From NCBI GenBank assembly GCA_003216615.1, contig QCIP01000001.1:113455-177454 (forward strand): 64,000 bases of DNA, read 5' to 3'. Source of the DNA: Prochlorococcus sp. AG-402-M15. GTDB lineage: Bacteria > Cyanobacteriota > Cyanobacteriia > PCC-6307 > Cyanobiaceae. The notes under the pieces are model-generated. The model had not been told where the DNA came from, ran no database searches, and saw only the letters and a list, made by a program, of their open reading frames with translations. Each line of letters opens with the position of its first letter. Position 1 is the stretch's first letter. Made by a program: the position numbers and the translations under genes. This document shows, piece by piece, positions 37,152-48,900 of the stretch.

Positions 37152-39149
37152 ATGGGGCGAATAGTTGGGATTGATTTAGGTACTACTAACTCTGTTGTAG
37201 GAGTTATAGAGTCTGGTCGTCCAATTGTTATTGCAAATTCTGAAGGATCTAGAACTACACCTTCAATAGTTGGTTTTACAAAGGACAGAGAAATAGTAAT
37301 AGGTGAACAAGCAAGAAGACAACTTGTTTTAAATCCAAAGAATACCTTTTATAATTTAAAAAGATTCATTGGTAGCGACTGGGACGAATTAGATGATACA
37401 AGTATTTCAGTTCCTTATAATGTTAAAGCAAATAATAATGGAAGTGTTAGGGTTCTTAGTCCAAATACAGAAAGAGAGTATGCTCCTGAAGAGTTAGTCA
37501 GTTCATTAATTAGAAAATTAATAAATGATGCTGAAACATATCTTGGAGATACAGTTGACTCTGCTGTCATTACAGTCCCTGCCTATTTCAATGAATCTCA
37601 AAGGCAAGCTACAAAGGATTCTGCAATATTGGCTGGTATCAATGTAGATAGAATACTAAATGAGCCTACTGCAGCTGCACTAGCTTATGGTTTTGAAAAA
37701 AGTTCTTCTAATAATGTTTTGGTTTTTGATTTAGGGGGAGGAACATTTGATGTTTCATTATTGAAAATTTCTAATGGTGTATTTGATGTTAAAGCAACAT
37801 GTGGTGACACCCAACTAGGAGGAAATAATTTTGACTCAAAAATAGTAGATTGGCTTGCTGAAAAATTTCTTGCAAAATATGAAATTGATCTAAGAAGGGA
37901 TAGACAAGCATTACAGAGATTAACTGAAGCTTCCGAAAAAGCTAAATGTGAATTATCGGGATTGCAAAAAACAAAAATATCCTTACCTTTTATCACCACA
38001 AGTAAAGAGGGTCCATTACATATTGAAGAGATATTAGATAGAAAAATATTTGAATCATTATCTCAAGATCTATTAGACAGATTATTAGAGCCTGTGCAAA
38101 TAGCATTAGATGACTCGGGTTGGAACGTAGAAGATATAGATGAGGTAGTTCTTGTCGGTGGGAGCACCAGAATTCCAATGGTTCAACAATTAGTTAAGAC
38201 TCTTGTTCCTAATGATCCCTGTCAATCCGTTAATCCAGATGAGGTAGTTGCAATTGGTGCTGCAATACAATCTGGAATAATTAGTGGTGATTTACAAGAT
38301 TTACTGCTAAATGATGTTACACCCCTTTCTTTAGGTTTAGAAACTATTGGTGGTCTTATGAAGGTACTTATTCCTCGTAATACACCAATACCAGTAAGAG
38401 AATCTGATGTTTTCAGTACATCAGAAGCTAATCAATCATCAGTTGTTGTTCAAGTCAGGCAAGGAGAAAGGCCATTAGCTTCTGAAAATAAATCACTTGG
38501 TAAATTTAGGTTATCTGGAATACCACCAGCACCGAGAGGAATACCACAAGTTCAAGTAGCATTTGATATTGACGCTAATGGTCTTTTAGAAGTTAGTGCA
38601 ACTGATAGAACAACTGGAAGAAAACAAACAGTTACAATTTCTGGAGGCTCAAATTTAAACGAACAAGAAATTAATTCGATAATAGAAGAAGCCAAATCAA
38701 AGGCTAATGAAGATAGAAAGAAGAGATCTGTCATTGATAGAAAGAATAATGCTTTAACTCTTATTGCACAAGCTGAAAGAAGGCTTAGAGATGCTTCATT
38801 AGAATTTGGACCTTATGGAGCGGAAAGGCAACAAAGAGCCGTCGAATTAGCTATTCAAGATGTTGAGGAATTTATAGATGATGATGATCCTCAAGAATTA
38901 GAGATTTCAGTAAGTGCTCTCCAAGAAGCATTATTTGGTTTAAACAGAAAATTTGCAGCAGAAAGAAAGACTGATAACAATCCACTACAAGGTATTAAAA
39001 ATACATTTGGATCATTAAAGGATGAACTTTTTTCAGATGATTATTGGGATGATGATCCTTGGGACAATCAAATGAATAGAAATTATAGAAATTCGAGGTA
39101 TGGTAATTCTAGGGATGATGATCCATGGGACAATGACTATTTCCTCTAA
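37152..39149 (+). CDS. dnaK: Hsp70 chaperone DnaK paralogue with an extended acidic/Trp-rich C-terminus (DnaK3-like)
   Basis: The Hsp70 signatures [19 protein letters not shown] and [10 protein letters not shown] are present. 665 aa, with a tail carrying two DDDPWDN repeats. Confidence 0.95.
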   Translation: MGRIVGIDLGTTNSVVGVIESGRPIVIANSEGSRTTPSIVGFTKDREIVIGEQARRQLVLNPKNTFYNLKRFIGSDWDELDDTSISVPYNVKANNNGSVRVLSPNTEREYAPEELVSSLIRKLINDAETYLGDTVDSAVITVPAYFNESQRQATKDSAILAGINVDRILNEPTAAALAYGFEKSSSNNVLVFDLGGGTFDVSLLKISNGVFDVKATCGDTQLGGNNFDSKIVDWLAEKFLAKYEIDLRRDRQALQRLTEASEKAKCELSGLQKTKISLPFITTSKEGPLHIEEILDRKIFESLSQDLLDRLLEPVQIALDDSGWNVEDIDEVVLVGGSTRIPMVQQLVKTLVPNDPCQSVNPDEVVAIGAAIQSGIISGDLQDLLLNDVTPLSLGLETIGGLMKVLIPRNTPIPVRESDVFSTSEANQSSVVVQVRQGERPLASENKSLGKFRLSGIPPAPRGIPQVQVAFDIDANGLLEVSATDRTTGRKQTVTISGGSNLNEQEINSIIEEAKSKANEDRKKRSVIDRKNNALTLIAQAERRLRDASLEFGPYGAERQQRAVELAIQDVEEFIDDDDPQELEISVSALQEALFGLNRKFAAERKTDNNPLQGIKNTFGSLKDELFSDDYWDDDPWDNQMNRNYRNSRYGNSRDDDPWDNDYFL

Positions 39150-40059
39150 AAAAGACTATTTATCGATTTTGGGTTTATCCCATGATTTCGACGATATAGA
39201 ACTTAAAAAGGCCTTTCGAAGTGAAGCAAGAAAATGGCATCCGGATTTAAATAAAAATGATCTAAATGCAGAAGAAAGATTTAAATTAATTAACGAAGCA
39301 TACGAATATCTACGTGATCCCAATAGAGGTAAAAATAGTTCCAATGAAAATATCCAGGAAGATTATGAAAATAATAATTTCAAGACAGGGTTTCCAGATT
39401 TTCAAGATTATCTTGATTCATTATTTGGATATGAATACTCCTCAAAGAATTACGACGAATCTAATAATGAACCATTTGAGGATGATTCCATAAATATAGA
39501 TAATGAAGAATTTAATAATTATGAATACCCTACAACCTCTCCAGAAGAACCACCTCCAGTTAAACTCCACCAAGATATTGAAACAATTATTGAATTAACT
39601 CCTGATGAGGCCTTAAATGGAGCTTCAATTTTAATAGAGCTTGAGGATGAAACTGTAGTAGAAGTTGATACACCTCCTTTTGCTGGTGATGGATGGCGAT
39701 TAAGACTTGAAAATATAGCAAGAGGTGGAAAAGATCATTATCTGCAGTTAAAAGTTCAAACGGAAAGTGGTCTAAGAATTGATGGTTTAAGAGTTCTTTA
39801 TAAATTAGAGTTATTTCCTCATGATGCTCTACTAGGTTGTGCAGTAGAGGTTCCTACCCTTGATGGAAATGTCACACTTCAAGTCCCTCCAAAATCATCT
39901 ACAGGAAGAATGTTACGTTTGAAAGGTAGAGGTTTAACATTCGAAGATAATGTAGGCGATCAATATGTTGAAATCTTGGTAGTAATACCTGCTGATATTA
40001 ATGATGAAGAAATTGCTTTATATACAAGATTACAAGAACTATCACTTTCTGATTCTTAA
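39133..40059 (+). CDS. dnaJ: DnaJ-like co-chaperone (J domain plus C-terminal substrate-binding domain, with no G/F or zinc-finger region)
   Basis: The J domain DYLSILGL ... WHPDLNK contains the HPD motif. I prefer the ATG at 39133 (MTISSKKDY) to the ATG at 39100. It overlaps the dnaK 3' end by 17 nt. Confidence 0.8.
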   Translation: MTISSKKDYLSILGLSHDFDDIELKKAFRSEARKWHPDLNKNDLNAEERFKLINEAYEYLRDPNRGKNSSNENIQEDYENNNFKTGFPDFQDYLDSLFGYEYSSKNYDESNNEPFEDDSINIDNEEFNNYEYPTTSPEEPPPVKLHQDIETIIELTPDEALNGASILIELEDETVVEVDTPPFAGDGWRLRLENIARGGKDHYLQLKVQTESGLRIDGLRVLYKLELFPHDALLGCAVEVPTLDGNVTLQVPPKSSTGRMLRLKGRGLTFEDNVGDQYVEILVVIPADINDEEIALYTRLQELSLSDS

Positions 40060-40086
40060 TCAAATATCATATAAATAGAAAAATCG

Positions 40087-40473
40087 ATGCTTATGAACAT
40101 ATTTGTTCTTTTATACAATTCAGGAACAGATAAGGAAGGAATTCATTCAATCGAACTTAAAGGAAGGACCATTGTTCTTATGTTTGAAGATAAGGACGAT
40201 GCAATAAGATATTGTGGTCTACTTGAAGCTCAAGATTTTCCTTTGCCAAAAGTTGAAATGATCGACATAGAGGAAATAAAAGATTTCTGCAATAAATTAG
40301 ATTATGAATGCAAATTAGTAGAAAAAAATTTTGTGCCTAAAACAGCCGAAGATAGGTTACTAATTTCACCACCCCAGAAAAACCTAGAAGTCGAAGATTG
40401 GGAAGGAGACAAGAATAATAAAAAAAATATTGATTTAAATACCATTAAGGAAAACCTTGAAAAGTTGCTTTAG
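40087..40473 (+). CDS. Conserved cyanobacterial/plastid-lineage hypothetical protein (DUF3110-like by recollection)
   Basis: The N-terminal IFVLLYNSGTDKEGIHSIEL motif matches my memory of this family. 128 aa. Confidence 0.5.
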   Translation: MLMNIFVLLYNSGTDKEGIHSIELKGRTIVLMFEDKDDAIRYCGLLEAQDFPLPKVEMIDIEEIKDFCNKLDYECKLVEKNFVPKTAEDRLLISPPQKNLEVEDWEGDKNNKKNIDLNTIKENLEKLL

Positions 40474-40510
40474 CTATTAAAATATCAATAAATTATTAAA
40501 CGAATAAAAC

Positions 40511-40948
40511 ATGACAACTGCATTATTTGAAACAGAAGTTGGGAAAATTAATATTGAATTTTTCTCTGACGATGCACCTAATACTGTTAAAAACTTCACG
40601 AAGTTGATTAGTGATGGTTTTTATGATGGTTTAACATTTCACAGAGTTATTCCCGGATTTATGGCTCAGGGTGGATGTCCAAATACTCGTGATGGAGCAT
40701 CTGGTATCCCTGGAACTGGTGGACCTGGATATAATATTAAATGTGAAATTAATCCCAATAAACATCTAAAAGGCTCACTTTCTATGGCTCATGCTGGGAA
40801 AGATACAGGTGGTAGCCAGTTTTTTATAGTTTATGAACAACAGCCTCATCTCGATGGAGTTCATACTGTTTTTGGTAAAACAAATGATATGGATGTAGTG
40901 CTAAATCTTACTAATGGTTCAAAAATAATTAAGGCAACCCTAAAGTAG
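40511..40948 (+). CDS. Cyclophilin-type peptidyl-prolyl cis-trans isomerase
   Basis: [19 protein letters not shown] and GSQFFI motifs are present. Confidence 0.94.
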   Translation: MTTALFETEVGKINIEFFSDDAPNTVKNFTKLISDGFYDGLTFHRVIPGFMAQGGCPNTRDGASGIPGTGGPGYNIKCEINPNKHLKGSLSMAHAGKDTGGSQFFIVYEQQPHLDGVHTVFGKTNDMDVVLNLTNGSKIIKATLK

Positions 40949-40952
40949 TAAT

Positions 40953-42677
40953 TTAGCCTTCAAAAACAATACTAAATGTCTCTTTATCTAGATTAAATTT
41001 TCTTGTAGATGAATATAAGATTTCATTATTAATAGTGAATTTAGTATTGATTAGTTTGATACTACTTTTTGGGTGTAATGCTTGTTCAATGTTTCTAGAA
41101 ACAATAATTCCAATCTTTTTACTATTTTCATATTTGGATAAAAACTGAATAAATAATTCTATATTCTTAATTTCTTCATCAGTAATGTTGGAATTGGTTC
41201 TATTCTGATCATGTAAAATTCGCCATACTAATTTTGGTCTATTCCAAAAAGCCAATAATCTTGGACTACTTTCCAGTTTAATATTAATGTTATGTTCATT
41301 GCAGAATTTAATAACTTTATTTTTTATTGGAACTAGATCAATAGATTTATATTTTCCGTCAAGAAAAATTGATATAAATGGATCGACATTCCTAGAATTA
41401 GAATATTCTTCATCAATCATGTGTCCTAGCTTTGTTTTTTTAACACTCAAATATTCTGCATTATTATCGTTTGGACAAATCACTAATGGAACTCTCTCAA
41501 TAACTTCTATTCCATAACCACCTAATCCAGCAATCTTTCTAGGATTATTGGTTAGTAATTTTAATTTTTTTATCCCTAGATCAGTTAATATTTGTGCTCC
41601 AACCCCATAATTTCTGAGATCAGCTGGAAAACCTAATTTTTCATTAGCTTCTACAGTGTCTAATCCACCGTCTTGTAAACTATAAGCTTTTAATTTATTT
41701 ATTAGACCAATACCACGTCCTTCTTGCCTCAAGTAAACAACCACTCCCTCTTCCTCCTTTTCTATCCTTGATAAAGCAGCCTCTAACTGGGGTCTACAAT
41801 CACAACGTAATGATCCAAAAGCATCGCCAGTTAAGCACTCTGAATGCATTCTTACTAGAACAGGTTCGCTTAATTTTGATGTTTTTTGTTTAACTAACGC
41901 AACATGCTCTGAACCATCAAGTTCATTAATATATCCATAAGCTTTAAAATTCCCAAAAATACTTGGAAGAACTGCATTGGATTTTCTAAATACAAATCTC
42001 TCTGTTTGAAAACGATAACTTATTAAATCAGCTATGGATATTAATTTCATTCCCCACTGTTTTGCATACTCTTTTAGTTGTGGAAGTCTGGACATGGAAC
42101 CGTCAGGATTTTGTATTTCACAAATCACTCCAGCGGGATAAAGTCCTGACATTGCAGCAATATCAACTGCTGCTTCGGTATGACCTGCTCTTTTTAAAAC
42201 TCCACCTTTTTTAGCTCTTAATGGGAAAATATGTCCTGGCCTCCTTAAATCATCAGGTTTTGTATTTGGGTTTATAGCAACTTGAATTGTCTTAGCCCTG
42301 TCTTCAGCTGAAATTCCAGTAGAAACGTTGTTTTCAGGTCCAGCATCGATTGATATCGTAAAAGCTGTTTGATTTTCATCTGTATTTCTGTCTACCATTA
42401 ATGGTAAATCTAAAGAGTCAAGTTTTTCACCTTGCATCGCTAGGCATATAAGACCACGTCCCTCAGTAGCCATAAAATTAATTTGCTGAGGAGTAGCAAA
42501 CTGAGCCGCACAAATTAAATCCCCTTCATTTTCTCTTCTTTCATCATCTACCACAATTATACATTCACCATTCCTTATCGCTGCCAACGCATCGCTGATA
42601 GGATCAAATTCAACTTTAAAAGACTCATTTATATCCAAAATTGTTCCATTATTTGATTTGGGACTTGTTTCTTTCAT
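40953..42677 (-). CDS. ribBA: Bifunctional 3,4-dihydroxy-2-butanone-4-phosphate synthase / GTP cyclohydrolase II with a 153-aa C-terminal extension
   Basis: DHBPS motifs (DDERRENEGDL, RAGHTEA) and GCHII motifs (HSECLTGDAFGSLRCDC, EGRGIG) are present. I prefer the ATG at 42677 to the TTG at 42689. Confidence 0.93.
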   Translation of the reverse strand: MKETSPKSNNGTILDINESFKVEFDPISDALAAIRNGECIIVVDDERRENEGDLICAAQFATPQQINFMATEGRGLICLAMQGEKLDSLDLPLMVDRNTDENQTAFTISIDAGPENNVSTGISAEDRAKTIQVAINPNTKPDDLRRPGHIFPLRAKKGGVLKRAGHTEAAVDIAAMSGLYPAGVICEIQNPDGSMSRLPQLKEYAKQWGMKLISIADLISYRFQTERFVFRKSNAVLPSIFGNFKAYGYINELDGSEHVALVKQKTSKLSEPVLVRMHSECLTGDAFGSLRCDCRPQLEAALSRIEKEEEGVVVYLRQEGRGIGLINKLKAYSLQDGGLDTVEANEKLGFPADLRNYGVGAQILTDLGIKKLKLLTNNPRKIAGLGGYGIEVIERVPLVICPNDNNAEYLSVKKTKLGHMIDEEYSNSRNVDPFISIFLDGKYKSIDLVPIKNKVIKFCNEHNINIKLESSPRLLAFWNRPKLVWRILHDQNRTNSNITDEEIKNIELFIQFLSKYENSKKIGIIVSRNIEQALHPKSSIKLINTKFTINNEILYSSTRKFNLDKETFSIVFEG

Positions 42678-42765
42678 TATTCCTATCAATATAGAAAAAT
42701 AGTGTTTTAGTTACCTTAAATTCAACACTTTATAATCCTATCTCAAAGTCTGCCAATTCAAAGAA

Positions 42766-43821
42766 ATGAATGTTGCAATAGTAGGTGCTACTGGTTACGG
42801 CGGTATTCAAGCGGTAAATCTTTTAAAGAAAAATAAAAACTACAAAATTTCATTTTTAGGAGGTAATAAAACATCTGGATCAAAGTGGAATGATAATTTC
42901 CCTTTTATTTATCTAGATAATGATCCTTATATAGAAGAAATTTCAGTAGATAATATTTCTAACAATGCAGATTTTGCTTTGCTTTGCTTACCAAATGGCC
43001 TATCTTCAACATTAACAAGGAAATTATTAGATAGAGGAGTTAAAGTAATTGATTTATCTGCTGATTACAGATATAAGTCATTAGATGAATGGAAAAAAGT
43101 ATATTCCAAAGAAGCCGCTACTTATAAAAGAAATGATGATGATTTGTGTAAAGAAGCAGTTTACGGTCTTCCTGAAATAAATAAAGAAGCCATTTCAAAA
43201 GGAAGATTAATTGCATGTCCAGGATGTTATCCAACATCTGCTCTTATTCCACTAGCTCCTTATCTTTCTCAAGGAATTATTGAAAATGAAGGTATAGTAA
43301 TCGATTCTAAAAGCGGAACCTCTGGAGGTGGTCGAGAACCAAAACAAAAACTACTCTTATCAGAATGCGGAGAAGGTTTATCAGCATATGGATTGATAAA
43401 CCATAGACATACCTCAGAGATCGAGCAAATAGCGTCTTTAATCTCTGGGAATAAAATTGAACTGCTTTTTACACCTCATTTGGTTCCGATTTCAAGGGGT
43501 ATGTATTCGACTATATATGGGAGATTAAGAGATCCAGGATTAACATCTGATGATTGCAGAATTCTTTTGGATAATTATTATAGAAATTTCACAAATATAA
43601 AAGTCTTACCTGTAGATACATTCCCATCAACAAAATGGGTTAAAAACACAAACCAAATTTTCATTTCTGTTAAAGTTGATAGTCGCAATGGAAGGATTAT
43701 TATTTTATCTGTAATTGATAATTTGTTAAAAGGTCAGACTGGGCAAGCAATTCAAAATTTAAATATTATGAGTGGATTTTCAATTGATGATGGTCTTGAG
43801 TTAACTAATAATTATCCATAA
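42766..43821 (+). CDS. argC: N-acetyl-gamma-glutamyl-phosphate reductase
   Basis: GATGYGG N-terminus and the active-site PGCYPTS motif are present. Confidence 0.94.
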   Translation: MNVAIVGATGYGGIQAVNLLKKNKNYKISFLGGNKTSGSKWNDNFPFIYLDNDPYIEEISVDNISNNADFALLCLPNGLSSTLTRKLLDRGVKVIDLSADYRYKSLDEWKKVYSKEAATYKRNDDDLCKEAVYGLPEINKEAISKGRLIACPGCYPTSALIPLAPYLSQGIIENEGIVIDSKSGTSGGGREPKQKLLLSECGEGLSAYGLINHRHTSEIEQIASLISGNKIELLFTPHLVPISRGMYSTIYGRLRDPGLTSDDCRILLDNYYRNFTNIKVLPVDTFPSTKWVKNTNQIFISVKVDSRNGRIIILSVIDNLLKGQTGQAIQNLNIMSGFSIDDGLELTNNYP

Positions 43822-44461
43822 AATTACTTCTTATCAAAAAACCAGCATGAGAGATTGAGTGAGGTAAAATTTTGTGCTCAAGCATATGAATTCTTTTTGT
43901 AAGTGAATCAATATCATCATCATCTCTAATTGACAATGCTGCTTGCATTATCAATGAACCACTATCTACCTCCTCATCAACAAAATGTACTGAACAACCA
44001 GTTATTTTTGAGCCATTTAATATAGAGTCCTTTATCGCAGAACCACCCTTATATGAAGGAAGTAATGATGGGTGAATATTAATAATTTTATTCTTAAATT
44101 TATTAATAAAGAATGGAGTAACAATTTTCATCCAGCCAGCCATTACAATAAGTTCAACATGGTAATTAATTAAAGTATTTATAATTTCTAATTCAAATGC
44201 CTCTTTATGCAGAAAGTCTTTGCCTCTTATAATTTTGTGAGGTATTTTTGCACTTTCAGCTCTTTTTATACAACCTGCATCATCTTTGTTAGTTATTAGA
44301 ACTTTTATATCTATATCTAATTCTCCTTTTTCTGAGAGATTAATTAATTCCTGAAAGTTTGATCCTTTCCCAGAAGCAAGTACACCTATTTTTAATTTTG
44401 GTGAAAATCTTCTAAATTCAGATATCTCAGGCGAAATTATGTAATTAAATGATCTATCCAA
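43805..44461 (-). CDS. purN: Phosphoribosylglycinamide formyltransferase
   Basis: ASGKGSNF, NIHPSLLP and the HFVDEEVDSG motif are present. The only start is TTG. Overlaps the convergent argC by 17 nt. Confidence 0.9.
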   Translation of the reverse strand: MDRSFNYIISPEISEFRRFSPKLKIGVLASGKGSNFQELINLSEKGELDIDIKVLITNKDDAGCIKRAESAKIPHKIIRGKDFLHKEAFELEIINTLINYHVELIVMAGWMKIVTPFFINKFKNKIINIHPSLLPSYKGGSAIKDSILNGSKITGCSVHFVDEEVDSGSLIMQAALSIRDDDDIDSLTKRIHMLEHKILPHSISHAGFLIRSNFMDNY

Positions 44462-44642
44462 AGTTTTTTATTTTATCCAATGATAAATTCATATGAAATA
44501 AAAAAAACCCTCAATTTTAATTGTTTATATTCAAAAACATATTTATTTGAAGATAAAAATTTAAACAAATTTAAATGATTCAAATCTATGTACTATACGT
44601 ATAGATATAATTAAATAATAATAAAAGAAACAAATATATAAA

Positions 44643-46226
44643 ATGAATGGAGATTTAAAATCTTGGGATAAATTTTGTAATTATCTTTGGTTTGATAAAA
44701 AATTAAATATTTGGTTAGACATAAGCAAAATTAATTTCACAAGTAAAGAGATAAAAAATTTAGAAGATAAATTTATAGATGTTTTTTCGTCAATAAAAGA
44801 ATTAGAAAATGGTGCAATCTCAAATATTGATGAAAATAGACAAGTTGGACATTATTGGCTTAGAAATCCATCAATTTCTCCATCTTCAAAAATAGGAGAG
44901 GAAATTAGCGCAGATATTAATGCAATCTCAAAATTTGGAAAACAAATTTTAAATGGAGATATTAAGAATAAGAATAATCAACAGTATACTGATGTTCTAT
45001 GGATAGGAATTGGTGGAAGTGGTTTAGGACCATTACTTATTACAGAGTCACTGCAGAAGTGCTCTAGAGGCTTAAATTTTTCTTATATCGATAATGTTGA
45101 TCCTTTTTTAATTAGCGAAAAGTTAGAAGAGTTATCTGAAAAATTATCCACAACATTATTTGTAGTAGTAAGCAAATCAGGGGGTACGCCTGAACCTAGA
45201 ATTGCTATGGAAATTATTAAAAGTCATTGCGAAAATAATTCTTTTGAATGGAATTCTAATGCTATAGCCATAACTATGAAAGATAGTAAGTTATTTAAAA
45301 AAGCCACTTCTGAAAATTGGTTAAAAATATTTAATTTGCAAGATTGGGTTGGAGGAAGAACTAGTATTACAAGCTCTGTGGGATTACTTCCATTATCTCT
45401 TATTAATGAAAATATATTTGAATTTATTAAAGGTGCGTCATTAATGGATGAGGCCACACGAATAAGTGATTTTAAAAATAATCCAGCAGCACTATTATCA
45501 TCCGCATGGTATTTAACAGGGGATGGTATTGGAAAGAGAGATATGGTTGTATTACCTTATAGAGATAGGTTACAGGTATTTAGTAAATATCTCCAGCAAT
45601 TAGTAATGGAATCATTAGGTAAGAAATTTAATAGGAATGGTGATGTAGTTAATCAAGGTATTTCCGTTTTTGGTAATAAAGGATCTACAGATCAACATGC
45701 TTATGTTCAGCAACTGAGAGATGGAATTGATAATTTCTTTTGTATTTTTATTGAATTATTAGATTCTCCATCTACTAATATTTTTGATGAAAAAGAGAAT
45801 CCTAAAGAATATCTTTCTGGTTTTTTGCAAGGAACCAGATCCGCACTTTCTAGTGAAAACAGACAAAGTATCACTATCACGTTAGAAAAGTTAAATTGTT
45901 TTTCACTAGGTGCCTTAATCGCTTTATTTGAGAGGGCTGTATCCTTCTACGCTGAATTGGTAAATATAAACGCATATGATCAACCTGGAGTTGAAGCTGG
46001 AAAGAAAGCAGCCGCAAATATTATTGAGTATCAACAAAAAGTTAGTAATTTATTAGACAAAGGTGGAGAATATTCCATAAATGACATAACATCATTATTT
46101 GATAATTCAATGAGTGAACCTATATTTTTCATACTCCGTGAAATGTGTTTCGGTAATGATAATTATTTAGTTAAGGGCGATTGGTCAAATCCAAATTCAT
46201 TAGTTATTCAAAAAATAAATTTTTAA
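44643..46226 (+). CDS. pgi: Glucose-6-phosphate isomerase
   Basis: [18 protein letters not shown] and [11 protein letters not shown] motifs are present. Confidence 0.94.
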   Translation: MNGDLKSWDKFCNYLWFDKKLNIWLDISKINFTSKEIKNLEDKFIDVFSSIKELENGAISNIDENRQVGHYWLRNPSISPSSKIGEEISADINAISKFGKQILNGDIKNKNNQQYTDVLWIGIGGSGLGPLLITESLQKCSRGLNFSYIDNVDPFLISEKLEELSEKLSTTLFVVVSKSGGTPEPRIAMEIIKSHCENNSFEWNSNAIAITMKDSKLFKKATSENWLKIFNLQDWVGGRTSITSSVGLLPLSLINENIFEFIKGASLMDEATRISDFKNNPAALLSSAWYLTGDGIGKRDMVVLPYRDRLQVFSKYLQQLVMESLGKKFNRNGDVVNQGISVFGNKGSTDQHAYVQQLRDGIDNFFCIFIELLDSPSTNIFDEKENPKEYLSGFLQGTRSALSSENRQSITITLEKLNCFSLGALIALFERAVSFYAELVNINAYDQPGVEAGKKAAANIIEYQQKVSNLLDKGGEYSINDITSLFDNSMSEPIFFILREMCFGNDNYLVKGDWSNPNSLVIQKINF

Positions 46227-48793
46227 ACAACAATATTCATAATTTTTCCTTTAACAATAATTATTTTTCTTATTTTCTTATTTTGAGTCCATTTTAATAT
46301 GTTAGGTCTTTTAAGAGTCAATTCTTTAATTTGATCTTCACTCATATCATTATTAATATTTACTTTGTCTCTAACTTTTCCATTAACTTGTATTACTAGT
46401 TCATATGAATCTTCCTTTAGTGCCTCGGCATTAAATGAAGGCCAGTGTTCTAAATGCACAGATTTTTTAAATCCTATAAGATGCCATATTTCTTCTGCAA
46501 TATGAGGTGCAAATGGAGCCAACAAAATACAAAATATTTTTAAAGACTCTTTTCTTAAATTATTGTTTACGTCATTAATGGAATTTGATAATGAATTATA
46601 AAACTTCATTAATTCTGAAATCGCAGTATTAAATTGGTTATTTAATATGTCATTTGAAATTTCTTTTATGGCAATATTCATTGACTTTATTAAAGTTTTT
46701 TCTTTATCTGGATTGGAATTAGATTTACTATTTATATCTTTTGCACAATTTATATAAAGCTTCCAAATTCTGCTTAAAAATCTAAATTGTCCTTCAACAT
46801 CTGTATCTCCCCATTCCAAATCTTTTTCTGGCGGTGCTTTAAATAATATAAACATTCTTGCTGTATCTGCTCCATATTTTTTAATTACTGATTCAGGGTC
46901 TATTCCATTATATTTTGACTTAGACATCTTCTCGAAAAGAACTTCGAGTTTGGTATTGTCAATTGGATCTGTAGGATTTGATAGGTCATTAATATCGGAA
47001 GGAGAAACATATTTACCCGTTTTATTGTTTTTATAGGCTGCAGCCTGAACCATTCCTTGCGTTAATAGTTTTTTAAATGGTTCATCAATTTCAAATAGTT
47101 TATTATCCCGCAAAGCTTTAGTAAAAAATCTTGCATATAACAAATGCAATATTGCATGCTCTACTCCTCCAACATATTGATCTACAGGCAACCACTTATT
47201 AATTTCAATCTTTTCAAATGGCTTATTTGAACATTTTGAAGATGGATATCTTAAAAAATACCATGATGAACACATAAAAGTGTCCATAGTATCAGTTTCT
47301 TTTTTTGCCGCTATTCCACATTTTGGACATGTTGTATTTATCCAATTATTATTATGACCTAAAGCATTAATCTTGTTAGCCGAGATATCTATATCCTTTG
47401 GTAATGCAACAGGTAATTCCGATTGATTTAAAGGAACAGATCCACATTTCTTGCATTTAACGACTGGAATCGGACATCCCCAATATCTTTGTCTAGATAT
47501 TAACCAATCTCTTAAACGATATTGAATCTTATTTTCGGCCCATCCATTATTTACGCCCTCCTCTGAAATTTGTAATTTAGCAATAGTATTTGCTATACCC
47601 TTGTATTGATTTGAATTAATAAGATATCCATTTCCCACATATGCTTCATCAAGCTCTTTAGTTTGTTCACTTTTATCCTTTATTATTACCTGTTTAATAT
47701 CAATATTATTTTTCTTAGCAAATTCAAAATCTCTTTGATCATGAGCAGGCACGCCCATAACAGCGCCTGTACCGTATTCATCGAGGACATAACTTGCAAC
47801 CCAAATAGGAATAGGTTGAGAATTAACTGGATTTATTGCTATTAAACTAGTTTTTATTCCAATTTTTTCAAGTTCATTATTTTTATTATTTTTCAAATAT
47901 TGCTTAAGATTTTCTATATCTTGTATGGTTTCATTATCAGAAATATTATTAATTAATGCATGATTAACAGAAATTGCTAAATAAGTAACTCCAAATAAAG
48001 TATCTGGCCTTGTTGTAAATACAGTTATTTTCTTTTCTGGATTGGTATTGATATTAAAATTAATATTTGTACCAATTGACTTTCCAATCCAATTATCTTG
48101 CATTATTTTTACTCTTTCTGGCCAATTATCTAATTTTTCTAAATCCTTCAATAACTCATCCGCATAATTAGTAATCCTTAAAAACCATTGCTTTAATAAT
48201 TTTTTTTCAACTACTGCACCAGATCTCCAAGATTTACCATCTGAGTCAACTTGTTCATTCGCTAAGACTGTATTATCTATAGGATCCCAATTGACTTCAG
48301 ATTCCTTTTGATATACAAGACCTGCCTTGTATAACTCCAAAAATAGATATTGTGTCCATATATAATAATTTTCATCACAAGTTGCAAATTCCCTATCCCA
48401 ATCAACTGATAGTCCCAAAAGCTTTAATTGTGACTTCATATGAGAAATATTTTTTTTAGTCCAGACACTTGGACTAATTCCTCTTTCAATAGCTGCATTC
48501 TCTGCAGGTAAACCAAAAGCATCCCAACCCATTGGATGTAAAACAGATTTGCCCTTAAACCTTTGGAACCGAGCTATTAAGTCTGTAATAACATAATTCC
48601 TAACATGTCCCATATGAAGATTACCTGAAGGGTAGGGAAACATTGACAAGGCATAAAATTTATCGTTATTCTCAGTTAATTCATCGGTTTTATATAAATT
48701 GTTTTCTGTCCATATTGATTGCCATTTTTTTTCTATTTCAGATGGATTATATAAATTGGTATCAGCCTCATATTGTTTATCAGGAGAAATCAC
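46223..48793 (-). CDS. leuS: Leucyl-tRNA synthetase
   Basis: The HMGH ([12 protein letters not shown]) and KMSKS motifs are present. 856 aa. GTG start. Its stop shares the tetranucleotide TTAA with the pgi stop. Confidence 0.97.
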   Translation of the reverse strand: MISPDKQYEADTNLYNPSEIEKKWQSIWTENNLYKTDELTENNDKFYALSMFPYPSGNLHMGHVRNYVITDLIARFQRFKGKSVLHPMGWDAFGLPAENAAIERGISPSVWTKKNISHMKSQLKLLGLSVDWDREFATCDENYYIWTQYLFLELYKAGLVYQKESEVNWDPIDNTVLANEQVDSDGKSWRSGAVVEKKLLKQWFLRITNYADELLKDLEKLDNWPERVKIMQDNWIGKSIGTNINFNINTNPEKKITVFTTRPDTLFGVTYLAISVNHALINNISDNETIQDIENLKQYLKNNKNNELEKIGIKTSLIAINPVNSQPIPIWVASYVLDEYGTGAVMGVPAHDQRDFEFAKKNNIDIKQVIIKDKSEQTKELDEAYVGNGYLINSNQYKGIANTIAKLQISEEGVNNGWAENKIQYRLRDWLISRQRYWGCPIPVVKCKKCGSVPLNQSELPVALPKDIDISANKINALGHNNNWINTTCPKCGIAAKKETDTMDTFMCSSWYFLRYPSSKCSNKPFEKIEINKWLPVDQYVGGVEHAILHLLYARFFTKALRDNKLFEIDEPFKKLLTQGMVQAAAYKNNKTGKYVSPSDINDLSNPTDPIDNTKLEVLFEKMSKSKYNGIDPESVIKKYGADTARMFILFKAPPEKDLEWGDTDVEGQFRFLSRIWKLYINCAKDINSKSNSNPDKEKTLIKSMNIAIKEISNDILNNQFNTAISELMKFYNSLSNSINDVNNNLRKESLKIFCILLAPFAPHIAEEIWHLIGFKKSVHLEHWPSFNAEALKEDSYELVIQVNGKVRDKVNINNDMSEDQIKELTLKRPNILKWTQNKKIRKIIIVKGKIMNIVV

Positions 48794-48900
48794 TTAATTT
48801 TTATTTGTTAAATTATTATTTTAATATCCATTGTATAAAATAGAAATAGAATGTTAAAAGGAATAATTTATAATTAAAATTTAATATATATTATCTACAA

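Noticed and set aside
44588-44604. A LexA-box-like sequence TGTACTATACGTAT upstream of pgi.
   Set aside because: The half-site spacing and second half-site do not fit RGTACNNNDGTWCB. I retained it only as a generic palindrome.
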